A stretch of 64,000 nucleotides of DNA from Gammaproteobacteria bacterium (GCA_028281365.1 JANQJZ010000044.1:29818-93817); one strand, 5' to 3'. Positions 28,806-38,853 are shown, counted from the first letter of the stretch. Notes: generated by a model from the sequence alone, not told the origin. Numbers and translations are program-made.

Positions 28806-29609
28806 TTACTGAACCTGTTTAATCATGTAGTCTACTGCGGCCTTAACTTCATCATCGCTAAGATCAGGATTTCCACCCTTGCCCGGCATCATACCAAGAT
28901 CACCCGTAAAACCATTTATTGCATTGGTATAAAGTGTATCAGTGCCTTTTTCGATGCGTGATGCCCACACCGCTGCATCCCCTGTCTGAGGGATCATGGC
29001 GGCCAGGGCTGCTACACCATGACAATTAACACACAGACTGTCATATACAGTTTTACCAACATCTCCTGATGCCGCTCCTGTATCAGCCGCAGCAGTATCG
29101 CCTGACTCTAGTTGGCTCACCATATAATCAACAGCAGCCTTAACTTCATCATCACTAAGGTTTGGATTTCCACCTTTACCGGGCATCATTCCCATATCAC
29201 CGGTAAAACCATTAATGGCATTTTCATATAACGTATCAATTCCTTTTTCGATACGTGTCTCCCATGCAGCTGCATCCCCTGTCTGAGGTATCATTGCTGC
29301 CATCGCGGGAATGCCATGACAATTAACACAAAGTCCATCATAAACAGCCTGGCCTGGATGGCCACCAGATGCGTCCCCTGCAGGTGGTGTAGCCGGAGGA
29401 GCTTCTTCAACAACTTCATCACCCACTGCCGTAACCTTACCAACCGGTTTGGTTAACTCTGCAACCTGAGCAGCACGCATCTTTGCATCTGCTTCATCAT
29501 CATTACCAGCAAATTGCGCAACAATGAAAAACACTACCATCATTACTGCAATTGCACCTACAACAAGAGAAAAATTTCTGAAAAATACCTGATCTTGTTC
29601 TTTACTCAT
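28806..29609 (-). CDS. Membrane-anchored diheme cytochrome c5
   Basis: N-terminal TM, two CVNCH motifs, each followed by MMPGKGG...DEVKAAVDYM. Confidence 0.9.
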   Translation of the reverse strand: MSKEQDQVFFRNFSLVVGAIAVMMVVFFIVAQFAGNDDEADAKMRAAQVAELTKPVGKVTAVGDEVVEEAPPATPPAGDASGGHPGQAVYDGLCVNCHGIPAMAAMIPQTGDAAAWETRIEKGIDTLYENAINGFTGDMGMMPGKGGNPNLSDDEVKAAVDYMVSQLESGDTAAADTGAASGDVGKTVYDSLCVNCHGVAALAAMIPQTGDAAVWASRIEKGTDTLYTNAINGFTGDLGMMPGKGGNPDLSDDEVKAAVDYMIKQVQ

Positions 29610-29731
29610 GACCTGTCCCCACTGGTGAATGCCCAAAAAATATTTTTTTTAGTATTAGTAGCACAAGTATACCTATTGTCGGGAATTCTGGAAATATTGA
29701 GAAAAACAGTTACATTCTTTAAGAAAAATAA

Positions 29732-30250
29732 TTACTTAGCATCCCGGTCGATATTACTATTCAATGATTTGTCCTTCTTACGGGATTCATTGGCCAGATT
29801 CTTTTTATAATCCATTAGTTTATTCATCAACCTTGTATTATTCGTTGCAAGAATTTCCAATGCTAATAATCCCGCATTTTTACCTGCGCCAATTGCCACT
29901 GTCGCCACCGGGACACCACCGGGCATTTGAACTATAGAAAGTAATGAATCCATTCCACTTAATGCTTCCGATTTAATCGGTACCCCAATAACAGGTAAAG
30001 CTGTATGACTGGCAACCATGCCAGGTAAATGCGCTGCTCCACCAGCTGCTGCAATGATGACTTTAATGCCGCGCTTGTGCGCTGCTTTTGCATATTTACT
30101 CATATCATCTGGTGTTCGATGGGCTGAAACGACATGAACTTCATAGACAATAGAAAATTGTTCACATACTTCTGCAGCTGCTTTTAATGTAGGCCAATCC
30201 GAATCACTACCCATAATAATTCCGACAACAGGTTTGGTTTTATTTGTCAT
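29732..30250 (-). CDS. purE: N5-CAIR mutase
   Basis: [28 protein letters not shown]. Confidence 0.97.
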   Translation of the reverse strand: MTNKTKPVVGIIMGSDSDWPTLKAAAEVCEQFSIVYEVHVVSAHRTPDDMSKYAKAAHKRGIKVIIAAAGGAAHLPGMVASHTALPVIGVPIKSEALSGMDSLLSIVQMPGGVPVATVAIGAGKNAGLLALEILATNNTRLMNKLMDYKKNLANESRKKDKSLNSNIDRDAK

Positions 30251-31425
30251 TTTTGTGCTCCAAAGCGGATACTTTTAGCTGCACATTGCGCAATATGTTC
30301 TGCATCGTCAACACTTTGACCTAATGCCGTTACATGCCCCATTTTACGTCCTATGTTGGTTGTTGTTTTACCGTAAACATGAATATGAGCCCCATCTACC
30401 TTTAAAGCATCATCAATTCCAGCCGGGTAACCATTACCCTGCACTTCGCCTAAAAGATTTATCATCACGGCGGCAGGACTAACCATGTTTGTTGATCCTA
30501 ATGGCCAACCAAGTATCGCGCGTACATGATTTTCAAATTGAGAACATTCACATGCTTCAATGGTGTAATGCCCCGAATTATGAACTCTCGGTGCCATTTC
30601 ATTAAGAATAATGTGATTGTCACTGGTTAAGAACATTTCAACGCCTATTGTACCGATCCCGTCGATTGATTCGACAGCTTTGCAGGCCAAATCAGTCGCA
30701 TCATTAATCAAAGAATCTTCTATTTTTGCAGGTGCCCGGACAATATGACAAATATGGTCCCTTTGCACAGATTCTACCACCGGATAAGTGGCTATTTCAC
30801 CGTCACGGCCACGCGTAACCATAACTGCAAGTTCCATAGTAAATTGACAAAACCCTTCTACATATAGCTCTCGATTTTCTCCGTCCAGTTTGTTCCAGGC
30901 ATTATCAATATCCTGTTCTGATTTGAGTGTGGCATTGCCCTTACCGTCATACCCATTCCTTCTGGCCTTCAAGACAAGAGGCCAACCTAATCGTTTAGAT
31001 TCACTAATAATATCTTCCCTGGAACTGACTCCTGCAAATGCTGCAACTGCAATTCCAGCATCTGCCAAAGTTTGTTTTTGAATGAGTTTATCCTGTACAA
31101 GACTTATTGTTTTAGCACTCGGTAAAACAGTGTAGCCAGCCTGCTCTACTTTTTTTAGACTATTGGCATCAACAAATTCATTTTCCAGTGACACAATATC
31201 TACCGTCCTGGCAAGTTTTAGAATTTCCTGTGGATTATCCCAATCCCCATAAAAAATATTCGCTGCCAATTTAGATGACGGGAATTCTTTGGCCCTCTCC
31301 AATATGGCTACCTCACAACCTAGCTCCATAGCAGACAAAGCAGTCATTTTTGCAAGTTGACCACCGCCAATAATTCCAATTTTGCATATGCTTGAGCTAT
31401 TCGCGTTTGCTGCTATCTGCGCCAT
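30247..31425 (-). CDS. purK: N5-CAIR synthase
   Basis: [32 protein letters not shown]. Confidence 0.96.
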   Translation of the reverse strand: MAQIAANANSSSICKIGIIGGGQLAKMTALSAMELGCEVAILERAKEFPSSKLAANIFYGDWDNPQEILKLARTVDIVSLENEFVDANSLKKVEQAGYTVLPSAKTISLVQDKLIQKQTLADAGIAVAAFAGVSSREDIISESKRLGWPLVLKARRNGYDGKGNATLKSEQDIDNAWNKLDGENRELYVEGFCQFTMELAVMVTRGRDGEIATYPVVESVQRDHICHIVRAPAKIEDSLINDATDLACKAVESIDGIGTIGVEMFLTSDNHIILNEMAPRVHNSGHYTIEACECSQFENHVRAILGWPLGSTNMVSPAAVMINLLGEVQGNGYPAGIDDALKVDGAHIHVYGKTTTNIGRKMGHVTALGQSVDDAEHIAQCAAKSIRFGAQK

Positions 31426-31612
31426 ATCTATGCCTACAAAAAACAGGCGAATTTATCATATTTCATCTGCTAATGCTGTAGCAGTTGCTTTAATTTATTA
31501 AATTATTTGCGCGCAGATGTATTGATCAAAATTGATAACGGGGATTCATTATTAGCAGACAATTAATACATGAAGTAATGTATATATATACTATTAATTC
31601 AGACATGTATTC

Positions 31613-33064
31613 ATGACAAATAACACTTTATTTTTGTTTCGCAATGATCTCCGGTTAAACGATAACACTGCATTGAGTGCTGCCTGTCAGACAAATCAAC
31701 CTGTTATTTTTTTATATATACTTGATGAAAAAGCCACTAATGACAGGTATCACGATATCGGTAGTGCCAGTCGCTGGTGGCTACATCACAGTCTATTTTC
31801 ACTTTCTATCGAAATAGAAAAATTTGGCGGATATTTAAATTTAAGAAAAGGTAATACACTCAAGATACTTAATGAATTTATTGACAAGGAAAACATAAAC
31901 AAACTTTATTTTAGCCGGGGATACCAGCCCCTGGAAGTAAAAACAGAAAATGAAATTTACGCACGTTGGCATAAAAAAATAGAACTCAAACGTTATGCTG
32001 GTTACTCGTTATTTGAACCCGAACAGATTCATGCTGCCAATGGCCAAACATATAAAGTCTATACACCATTTTGGAAAGCCTGTCTTAAACAGCCAATACC
32101 TGCATTAAAAAACAAATTTAAACCACCAACAAAAAAAACAAGAAAAAAATTCAGATCAGATAATCTTAAAGATTGGAAATTATTACCATCCAAGCCTGAT
32201 TGGTCTAAAGGTTTTAATCAATACTGGTGCCCGGGTGAACAGGGTGCAATTCATGCATTGAATAAATTTCTGAATAGTGGATTCTTTGAATATGATTATG
32301 GGCGTAACAGACCAGATCTGGTAGCTACTTCTCGTTTATCAGCACATTTACATTTTGGAGAAATCTCTCCTGCAAGAATCTGGCATGAAGTAAAAAATTT
32401 TACTAACAAACATAATATTGATCATGTGAATTTAACCAGCTATTTACGGGAACTGGGCTGGAGAGAGTTTTCAACACACCTGCTGTTTAATTGGCCTGAA
32501 CTAGCAAATAAACCTTTTAAAAAAGAATATAAGACATTTCCATGGAGACGGAACAAAAAAAACTTAACAGCATGGCAAAAAGGACTAACAGGGTATCCAA
32601 TAGTTGATGCCGGTATGCGTCAACTCTGGTATAGCGGTTGGATGCATAACCGGGTCCGAATGATCGTCGCATCATTTCTGGTTAAACATTTATTGATTCC
32701 CTGGCAAGACGGAGAAAAATGGTTTTGGGATACTTTAGTAGATGCTGACCTGGCCAATAATGCGGCAAGCTGGCAGTGGGTTGCAGGGTCAGGTGCCGAT
32801 GCCGCGCCTTATTTCAGAATATTTAACCCGATACTACAGGGGAAAAAATTTGATCCTCATGGGAATTATGTAAGGGAATGGGTCCCGGAAATTCGTAAAC
32901 TTTCAAATGACGTGGTGCATGAACCATGGCTGGCAGATAAACAGCAGCTATCGAATGCTGAACTTGCACTGGGTGTAAACTACCCTAAACCTATTGTTAC
33001 GCATGAAAATGGCAGAACACGTGCTTTATCAGCATTTAAAAAGTTTAAATCAGGATCAAATTAA
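31613..33064 (+). CDS. phrB: Deoxyribodipyrimidine photolyase
   Basis: RNDLRLNDN, TSRLSAHLHFGEIS, WMHNRVRM, DAAPYFRIFNP. Confidence 0.95.
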   Translation: MTNNTLFLFRNDLRLNDNTALSAACQTNQPVIFLYILDEKATNDRYHDIGSASRWWLHHSLFSLSIEIEKFGGYLNLRKGNTLKILNEFIDKENINKLYFSRGYQPLEVKTENEIYARWHKKIELKRYAGYSLFEPEQIHAANGQTYKVYTPFWKACLKQPIPALKNKFKPPTKKTRKKFRSDNLKDWKLLPSKPDWSKGFNQYWCPGEQGAIHALNKFLNSGFFEYDYGRNRPDLVATSRLSAHLHFGEISPARIWHEVKNFTNKHNIDHVNLTSYLRELGWREFSTHLLFNWPELANKPFKKEYKTFPWRRNKKNLTAWQKGLTGYPIVDAGMRQLWYSGWMHNRVRMIVASFLVKHLLIPWQDGEKWFWDTLVDADLANNAASWQWVAGSGADAAPYFRIFNPILQGKKFDPHGNYVREWVPEIRKLSNDVVHEPWLADKQQLSNAELALGVNYPKPIVTHENGRTRALSAFKKFKSGSN

Positions 33065-33146
33065 TGGTTATTGTTAACCAATTTACTGGTTAAATAGAAC
33101 CAATAATTTAACTTTTAGCATACATTTGAAATAATAATGTTCTATA

Positions 33147-33205
33147 TAAATTATTGATATATATAATGAAATTGTAATTTTACAGTTTTTGGCACAGTAT
33201 CTGCT
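33147..33205 (+). promoter_or_regulatory. IHF site plus sigma54 promoter upstream of pqqA
   Basis: TAAATTATTGATA (33147-33159) matches YAA-N4-TTGATW; TGGCAC-AGTAT-CTGCT (33190-33205) has correct -24/-12 spacing. Confidence 0.75.
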
Positions 33206-33263
33206 GTATCTATAGTACGTAAAGTAATTTACTTTTTTGTTAACCTAAAAAGAGGATAGAACA

Positions 33264-33338
33264 ATGAAATGGGAAACACCTGAATATAACGACATTCGTT
33301 TTGGTTTTGAAGTCACCATGTACATCAACAACAAATAA
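33264..33338 (+). CDS. pqqA: PQQ precursor peptide PqqA (24 aa)
   Basis: MKWETPEYNDIRFGFEVTMYINNK with E-x3-Y core; SD AGAGGA upstream; not in ORF track. Confidence 0.96.
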   Translation: MKWETPEYNDIRFGFEVTMYINNK

Positions 33339-33362
33339 GACTTCCTTCTCGAAAGAGTAAAT

Positions 33363-33391
33363 AAAAAAGGGACTACAAAGTCCCTTTTTTA
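33363..33391 (+). terminator. Rho-independent terminator after pqqA
   Basis: AAAAAAGGGACT-ACAA-AGTCCCTTTTTT. Confidence 0.88.
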
Positions 33392-33592
33392 TTTGCGCGA
33401 TTATTATTATCTCTAAATAATCTGTAGCTGATTTTCTGTTATACAACAATTTCTTTCGCTTTATAGAGTACCTTGTCTGCTCTTTGCAATACTGAATTAA
33501 AGTTCATGATTAAAATATTATGCAGCCTGCAATAGAGGTTAGACGTTTCCCGATCAAAGACTAAAAAGTATTATTTATTGAACAGGGCGATA

Positions 33593-34213
33593 CTAGTTTG
33601 CAGCACTTGCCCTTTCTTTATCGACGAGCTGGTTAACTATTTTTAGAAGATTTGAAAAACTACCCGCAGTTGAGCCAGTTACCATATATTTTCCATTCAC
33701 TATAACAGCGGGAACACCGGTTATTTTATAGCGTTGCCCCATAATATATGCCTGCTTGACCTTGGTTTCAGTTTCTTCAGATTGATAAACCTTCTTGAAT
33801 TCATCATCATCAATTCCCTGTTTAATGAAGAATTTTCGTATAGCAGAATCATCATGAATGTTTTTTTTGTGCTTATGAATTGCGCTAAACAATGGACTGT
33901 GAACAGTATCCAATACACCCAGCTTTTCTGCAGTAAAAAAAGCGCGGGCATGAGGAATCCAGCTTTTTCTAAAAATTCCTGGCATACGTCTGAACTCGAC
34001 ATCATCTGGCTTGTTTGCTAACCAGTCATGAAGATAAGGTTCGAATTCATAACAATGAGGACAGGCATACCAGAATACTTCTAATACCTCTATCTTATCA
34101 CCGGTTTGTGTAGGTTGAGCAGGTTCAATATCAACGTATCCATCTGCCGCATAAAGATAAGGAGTAAATACAATAAAAACAGAAATTGTTAATGATATGA
34201 TAAGTTTTTTCAT
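33593..34213 (-). CDS. dsbA: Thiol:disulfide interchange protein DsbA
   Basis: Signal peptide, CPHC, GVP cis-Pro loop, NGKY. Confidence 0.93.
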   Translation of the reverse strand: MKKLIISLTISVFIVFTPYLYAADGYVDIEPAQPTQTGDKIEVLEVFWYACPHCYEFEPYLHDWLANKPDDVEFRRMPGIFRKSWIPHARAFFTAEKLGVLDTVHSPLFSAIHKHKKNIHDDSAIRKFFIKQGIDDDEFKKVYQSEETETKVKQAYIMGQRYKITGVPAVIVNGKYMVTGSTAGSFSNLLKIVNQLVDKERASAAN

Positions 34214-34306
34214 GGTCGTCCTAATTGTTATTGGTAGATATTATTCTTGTATAAACCTTTAGACTGCATAAATGCAGTTTTACTCAATATATTATGCAGA
34301 TAAATA

Positions 34307-34915
34307 TTAATGGAGGCCCTGAATATACTCTGATACCGCTTCTATTTGGGCATTTGTCATAGGGCCGGAAATCGAACGCATGACATTATTTGCATCATTA
34401 CTACGTTCTTCTGTCTTGAACATCTTCAACTGAGTCGCGGTATATGTAGCATGCTGTCCTGCTAATGCCGGGTACAAGGCACCCGGGTTACCTGTACCAT
34501 TCGGACCATGACAGGCCATACATGCCGGGACACCGGATTGACTGTCACCCGCACGGTATAGTTTCTGGCCCTGAGCAATTAATTCCGGTTTGGCAGAACC
34601 TCCTTTAACTTTTTGGCTGGCAAAATAGGCTGCGATATGATGCATATCCTGTTCACTTAAATTTGCTACCATTCCCGTCATTTGTGCATTGACACGACGA
34701 CCTTCCTTAAAATCTTTTAATTGTTTTACGGTATAAGAGATATGTTGACCCGCAAGTTTGGGCCAAACCGGATTAACACTATTACCATCAACACTATGAC
34801 ATGCGGCACAGGGCTGCGCTAAATCCTTACCTTTCGCTGGATCACCTTCACTGGCGAAAATAGAATTTACGTTAAAAATTAACAGGCTAACTACACATAG
34901 ATATTGTAATTTCAT
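34307..34915 (-). CDS. Cytochrome c4 (diheme)
   Basis: CAACH and CMACH, PKLAGQH/PALAGQH; c4-dsbA divergent from engB; start at MKLQY with GGAG SD. Confidence 0.92.
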   Translation of the reverse strand: MKLQYLCVVSLLIFNVNSIFASEGDPAKGKDLAQPCAACHSVDGNSVNPVWPKLAGQHISYTVKQLKDFKEGRRVNAQMTGMVANLSEQDMHHIAAYFASQKVKGGSAKPELIAQGQKLYRAGDSQSGVPACMACHGPNGTGNPGALYPALAGQHATYTATQLKMFKTEERSNDANNVMRSISGPMTNAQIEAVSEYIQGLH

Positions 34916-35078
34916 GACTCCAGTCCTTAAGGTAAACATATAGCTACTTACGAACAATAAACTCGTAGTATGATTATTCTAATTACTTAAGTTTACCCGC
35001 AATAGGGCCAATTAATAAATACAATCTTGCTAAATCACTAATAGAGAATTTTCAACTTAACGCATTCAGGTAACTATT

Positions 35079-35690
35079 ATTACAAATCAAAAACCGGATA
35101 AGGGCTGGTATAGTCGTTTCGAATTCATCAAGGGAGTCACGTCGATAGCTCAATTACCGTCGGATGCGGGTAGAGAAGTTGCTTTCGCCGGCCGATCGAA
35201 TGTCGGTAAATCCAGCAGCATTAATAAAATTACCAATCGCCGGTCCCTGGCAAAAACAAGTAAAACACCAGGCAGAACACGGGAAATAAACTATTTTGCA
35301 TATTCCGAAAATATCCACATCGTAGACCTGCCTGGCTATGGTTATGCCAAAGTTGATGCCCACCTACAGCGCTCATGGTCGAAATTACTGGAATATTATC
35401 TTCAGAAAAGAAAAGCCCTGGTCGGAATATTTTTAATAATGGACATTCGACGCCCCATGACTGAATACGATCAACAAATGCTGGAATACTGTCAAACATG
35501 TCATCTGCCCGTTCACATACTTTTAAACAAATCTGACAAACTTTCCCGTCACGCCGCATTAAAATCGATGACACAAATCAAGAATCAACTGCCATTTCCC
35601 AACACCAGCTTTCAGCTATTTTCTGCACTTAAATCTACTGGTGTCGATATTGCCAGAACAAAACTGGCAGAATGGCTTTTTTATCAGTAA
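35079..35690 (+). CDS. engB: Ribosome biogenesis GTPase EngB/YihA (probable ATT start)
   Basis: Uninterrupted frame 35061-35690 with AFAGRSNVGKSS, SKTPGRT, VDLPGYGY, NKSDKL, FSALK; ORF track reports only the last 83 aa. Confidence 0.92.
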   Translation: MTNQKPDKGWYSRFEFIKGVTSIAQLPSDAGREVAFAGRSNVGKSSSINKITNRRSLAKTSKTPGRTREINYFAYSENIHIVDLPGYGYAKVDAHLQRSWSKLLEYYLQKRKALVGIFLIMDIRRPMTEYDQQMLEYCQTCHLPVHILLNKSDKLSRHAALKSMTQIKNQLPFPNTSFQLFSALKSTGVDIARTKLAEWLFYQ

Positions 35691-35704
35691 TTCAGAAATA
35701 TAAA

Positions 35705-35823
35705 GATAAAAAGTGCCCCGGGTGTTTCTTTAGGGGAATGTAGGGCATCCGGGGCCAGGGTTTCCCGGCTGGGGAGAACCGGGTTTTTTTCTGCCTTGGG
35801 AGGTTGGCAGAAAAATCGAGCTT
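35705..35823 (-). ncRNA. Candidate sRNA with three C-rich-loop hairpins (sX13/ErsA-like locus)
   Basis: Three GC stems with loops containing CCUCCC, CUCCCC and UUCCCCU; U-rich tail; sigmaE-type promoter just upstream; ends approximate. Confidence 0.65.
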
Positions 35824-35829
35824 TATAAC

Positions 35830-35857
35830 TTAGAACCCGAACCTATATATGAGTTCC
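35830..35857 (-). promoter_or_regulatory. SigmaE/AlgU-type promoter
   Basis: GGAACTC-N16-TCTAA on the minus strand, just upstream of hairpin 1. Confidence 0.6.
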
Positions 35858-36072
35858 CTGATTTTCGAATTTGTCAACAGAACTTGAATCTTTATACACA
35901 GATTGAATTTACTATCACTTACGCTGTTTACTGTCCTGCAAAACAACGCCCTGAAGCCAAATGAGTACGGTATAAATTATTGATAATAAAGTATTAATAA
36001 GCAGGTGGTTAATTTTTAACAATTTTGTAATATATGAGACAACTATGCTCTTTCCAGCCGACTGTGCGCACT

Positions 36073-36107
36073 GCATCCACAAAGATATCCACAGAAAATG
36101 TGGATAA
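36073..36107. promoter_or_regulatory. DnaA-box cluster
   Basis: gcATCCACA (36073-81), aTATCCACA (36085-93), TGTGGATAA (36099-107); also TTATACACA at 35892 and an IHF-like site at 35973. Confidence 0.6.
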
Positions 36108-36205
36108 AGAACTAAGCTTCAAATAGAGCAATTAGTTAGGAAATGAAAACTAGAATCCGCTTGAAGAGCTGTAATAGAAAAAGGGCTTAATACTTAACAA
36201 TAGCG

Positions 36206-37684
36206 TTATTTAACTATCTTTAACAATTCGCCTTTTCTGGCTTCTCCATGTGGATATTTGGCATTTAACAGACGCAATTTCGATTCCGCATGATTTTCCA
36301 ATGGTGATTGCCTGGCCAGGTCTATAAATCGGGTAGATTCTCCGGCCTGTACCACAGTTAAACGAAGTGGCTTGGCTAAAACCCTCTCATTTTCCGTCAA
36401 TTGATGAAATGACTTTGCCGTATTCAATATAAGCTGATCAAATTTTGCTATTTGGCCCGGTTCTCTACTGGTACCGGCAATGATATAGGCACGCTGCTCA
36501 TAATAGAGCACAACAAAACGCGTCGGACGATTACCCTCTGTGGTTCTAACCACGGATATACCTGTATGCGCAGGCAAACCATTAATGCTCAGGGATGACT
36601 CACTGTCCAGATTACCTAGGCCAAGCCTCTGAAACATAAAATCCCTTGGTGAAATTTTTTTATTGATATCTTCCACACTGATTTGTATCAGGGCAGACCC
36701 TTCGGGAGCCGTTAATATAATGACATCAGGTCTATTTGTTACCGTCCATTTCCTGGGAAAGCTCATGGCAAAATTCAGATCACTATGGAAAAAACGACCA
36801 CCGCGTAAAATACCCTCGCGAGGACTGTCACCGTAGACCATATTATCGATAAAGGATAAATATTCCTCATGCCCAACATATTGTGCTTTACTGGTATCAC
36901 TCAGTTGTTTAGCTGTACCAACAACTTCTTGCAAACGTTTATCATTGTCAGGATGGGTTGAAAATACGCCATGGTAAATACGAGGTTGACGGCCTTCTGC
37001 CCTGGCTAATTCGGTTTCGAATATTTCCTGATCTTTTAACACACTTATTACATCAAGCATCGCTTGCGGATTGTAATTGGTGCGTGCCAGATATTCTGCA
37101 CCTAAACGATCAGCCTCCAATTCATGTTCCCTGCCATAACCTCTTAACAAAGCAGCCCCGAAAAGCTGGGCCAACTGATTTGATGCCTGATTCATTCCGG
37201 GAACAAATATTGAACCCAATACTAATCCGATATTTGTAAGTTGATTTGCACTGTATTGTCTAACTGAATGACGTGCGGTGACATGCCCGATTTCATGTCC
37301 AAGTACTGCAGCTAATTCTGCTTCAGATTTCAGATAGGCCATCAAGCCACGTGTAATGTAGATATATCCACCCGGCAAGGCAAATGCGTTTACTTCTTTA
37401 CTGTCCAGTACAGTAAAACGGTATACCAGGTTATTACGATGACTTTTAGCAGCTAATTTAGTGCCTATATCCTGTACATATTTTTGTAATGCCGGATCTT
37501 CATAAACAGCATACTGCTTTAAAACTTCCTGGTGCGTTTTACGACCTAATGAAATTTCATCACTCTCGGAAAGCAGAACCAGGTCCTGTTGACCAGTAAC
37601 AGGGTTAACAGCACAGCCACTGATATATAAAAAACAGATTAGATAAATTGGAATAAAAATTCTCATTTTCATATTTTGTGACAA
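36206..37684 (-). CDS. M48 family Zn metalloprotease lipoprotein
   Basis: Lipobox ISGC, NAFALPGG, HEIGH, ELEAD, STHP. Confidence 0.92.
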   Translation of the reverse strand: MSQNMKMRIFIPIYLICFLYISGCAVNPVTGQQDLVLLSESDEISLGRKTHQEVLKQYAVYEDPALQKYVQDIGTKLAAKSHRNNLVYRFTVLDSKEVNAFALPGGYIYITRGLMAYLKSEAELAAVLGHEIGHVTARHSVRQYSANQLTNIGLVLGSIFVPGMNQASNQLAQLFGAALLRGYGREHELEADRLGAEYLARTNYNPQAMLDVISVLKDQEIFETELARAEGRQPRIYHGVFSTHPDNDKRLQEVVGTAKQLSDTSKAQYVGHEEYLSFIDNMVYGDSPREGILRGGRFFHSDLNFAMSFPRKWTVTNRPDVIILTAPEGSALIQISVEDINKKISPRDFMFQRLGLGNLDSESSLSINGLPAHTGISVVRTTEGNRPTRFVVLYYEQRAYIIAGTSREPGQIAKFDQLILNTAKSFHQLTENERVLAKPLRLTVVQAGESTRFIDLARQSPLENHAESKLRLLNAKYPHGEARKGELLKIVK

Positions 37685-37696
37685 CCTCTTTTAATA

Positions 37697-38467
37697 TCAG
37701 TTCTCTGATAAATTAATGATATTAATGTCCAGTGGATGACGAATTTGCATACGTAACTGACCCTTTTTTTTATATAACCAGCCCTTGGCTTCTATGATCT
37801 TTCCTGCAAAAGATTTTAACGCATCATGATTAAAATACTTTAAATCATCTTTAATAATCCTGAGCGAGACATTATTTTCCAGGTTAATCCATATGGCAGA
37901 ACGGCTTTCCGTAACCCGTTCGACTTTACCAAAAATAAAATTAAATCCTCTCTCTTTTCCTGCAAGTGAATGAACATGTCTTGCTTTATATTTATCAAGC
38001 GCCCAAAGACCTCGTTGTGCCGTCCTCGCTGTTTTCGCTTTTTCCGTATAACAATCAAGATGCTTAAAATTTGGTGGAATTGTCAACGGTATTGCCAGGC
38101 CGTCTTCTAACATCAGAGCCTGAATATTCGTCCCAACCTCAAGATATAGATGCGCCAAAGTCCGACCGTGTCTGTCAGACTGTTCGATATCGTAGTTTAA
38201 ACCAACAATTTTAGATGTATTAAGTAGACGTTCGAGCTCGAGCTTTGCCCGCTCGGCACCGGCTTCATCAGGGCGATTATCGCGCCCTAATTCAGGGGTA
38301 TTGATACCGATTAAACGAACATGCCTGTTGTCCTCGAGTATGACAGTATCGCCATCAATTACATGCTTTATTCGGACCTTTTCATCGAAGTATGTACTTA
38401 CACAAGAATCTGGTGATTGCGGCTCTGAAACCCCATAGGGAGTAAAAAACAATAAAATTATGCCCAT
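37697..38467 (-). CDS. Thermonuclease (SNase) family protein with C-terminal OB-like domain
   Basis: VIDGDT, VRLIGINTPE, DRHGRTLAH, RGLW; signal-like N-terminus. Confidence 0.88.
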   Translation of the reverse strand: MGIILLFFTPYGVSEPQSPDSCVSTYFDEKVRIKHVIDGDTVILEDNRHVRLIGINTPELGRDNRPDEAGAERAKLELERLLNTSKIVGLNYDIEQSDRHGRTLAHLYLEVGTNIQALMLEDGLAIPLTIPPNFKHLDCYTEKAKTARTAQRGLWALDKYKARHVHSLAGKERGFNFIFGKVERVTESRSAIWINLENNVSLRIIKDDLKYFNHDALKSFAGKIIEAKGWLYKKKGQLRMQIRHPLDINIINLSEN

Positions 38468-38494
38468 AAAAAAACGCCCGTTAAGGGCGCTTTT
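38468..38494 (-). terminator. Terminator after rpmE
   Basis: Minus strand GCGCCC-TTAAC-GGGCGT followed by T tract. Confidence 0.75.
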
Positions 38495-38521
38495 CCGGAT
38501 ACAGACTGACATGTTTATTAA

Positions 38522-38725
38522 TTACGACATGCCATACTTACGGCGGAATTTATCCACACGACCGGCTGTATCGAGCATCTTTTGTTTACCCGTGTAAAAA
38601 GGGTGGCATTCGGAACAAACGTCCAGATGCAGTTCTCCAGTATGGGTGGAGCGCGTTTTAAATGTGTTCCCACAACTACATTGAACTGTAACTTCATCGT
38701 AGTTTGGATGTATATCTGACTTCAT
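38522..38725 (-). CDS. rpmE: 50S ribosomal protein L31 (Zn-binding form)
   Basis: [23 protein letters not shown]. Confidence 0.97.
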   Translation of the reverse strand: MKSDIHPNYDEVTVQCSCGNTFKTRSTHTGELHLDVCSECHPFYTGKQKMLDTAGRVDKFRRKYGMS

Positions 38726-38853
38726 TTGCCTTGCTCTGGTTAATCGTATTCTTGAATCAGGGGCGGGGAGTTTATGTCAAACTTATGAGATTCGCAATGC
38801 TGCAGCACTATTATTCAGCTATTTTCATCATTTTTCAGGTCGAATGTTTAGTT

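Noticed and set aside
33240-33449. 69-aa minus-strand ORF
   Set aside because: Antisense to pqqA and its terminator.
35079-35690. engB as pseudogene or frameshifted gene
   Set aside because: The frame is continuous with all GTPase motifs intact; only the start codon is atypical.
35892-36107. Replication origin oriC
   Set aside because: Few boxes, no evident DUE repeats or GATC enrichment, and no dnaA/gidA context.
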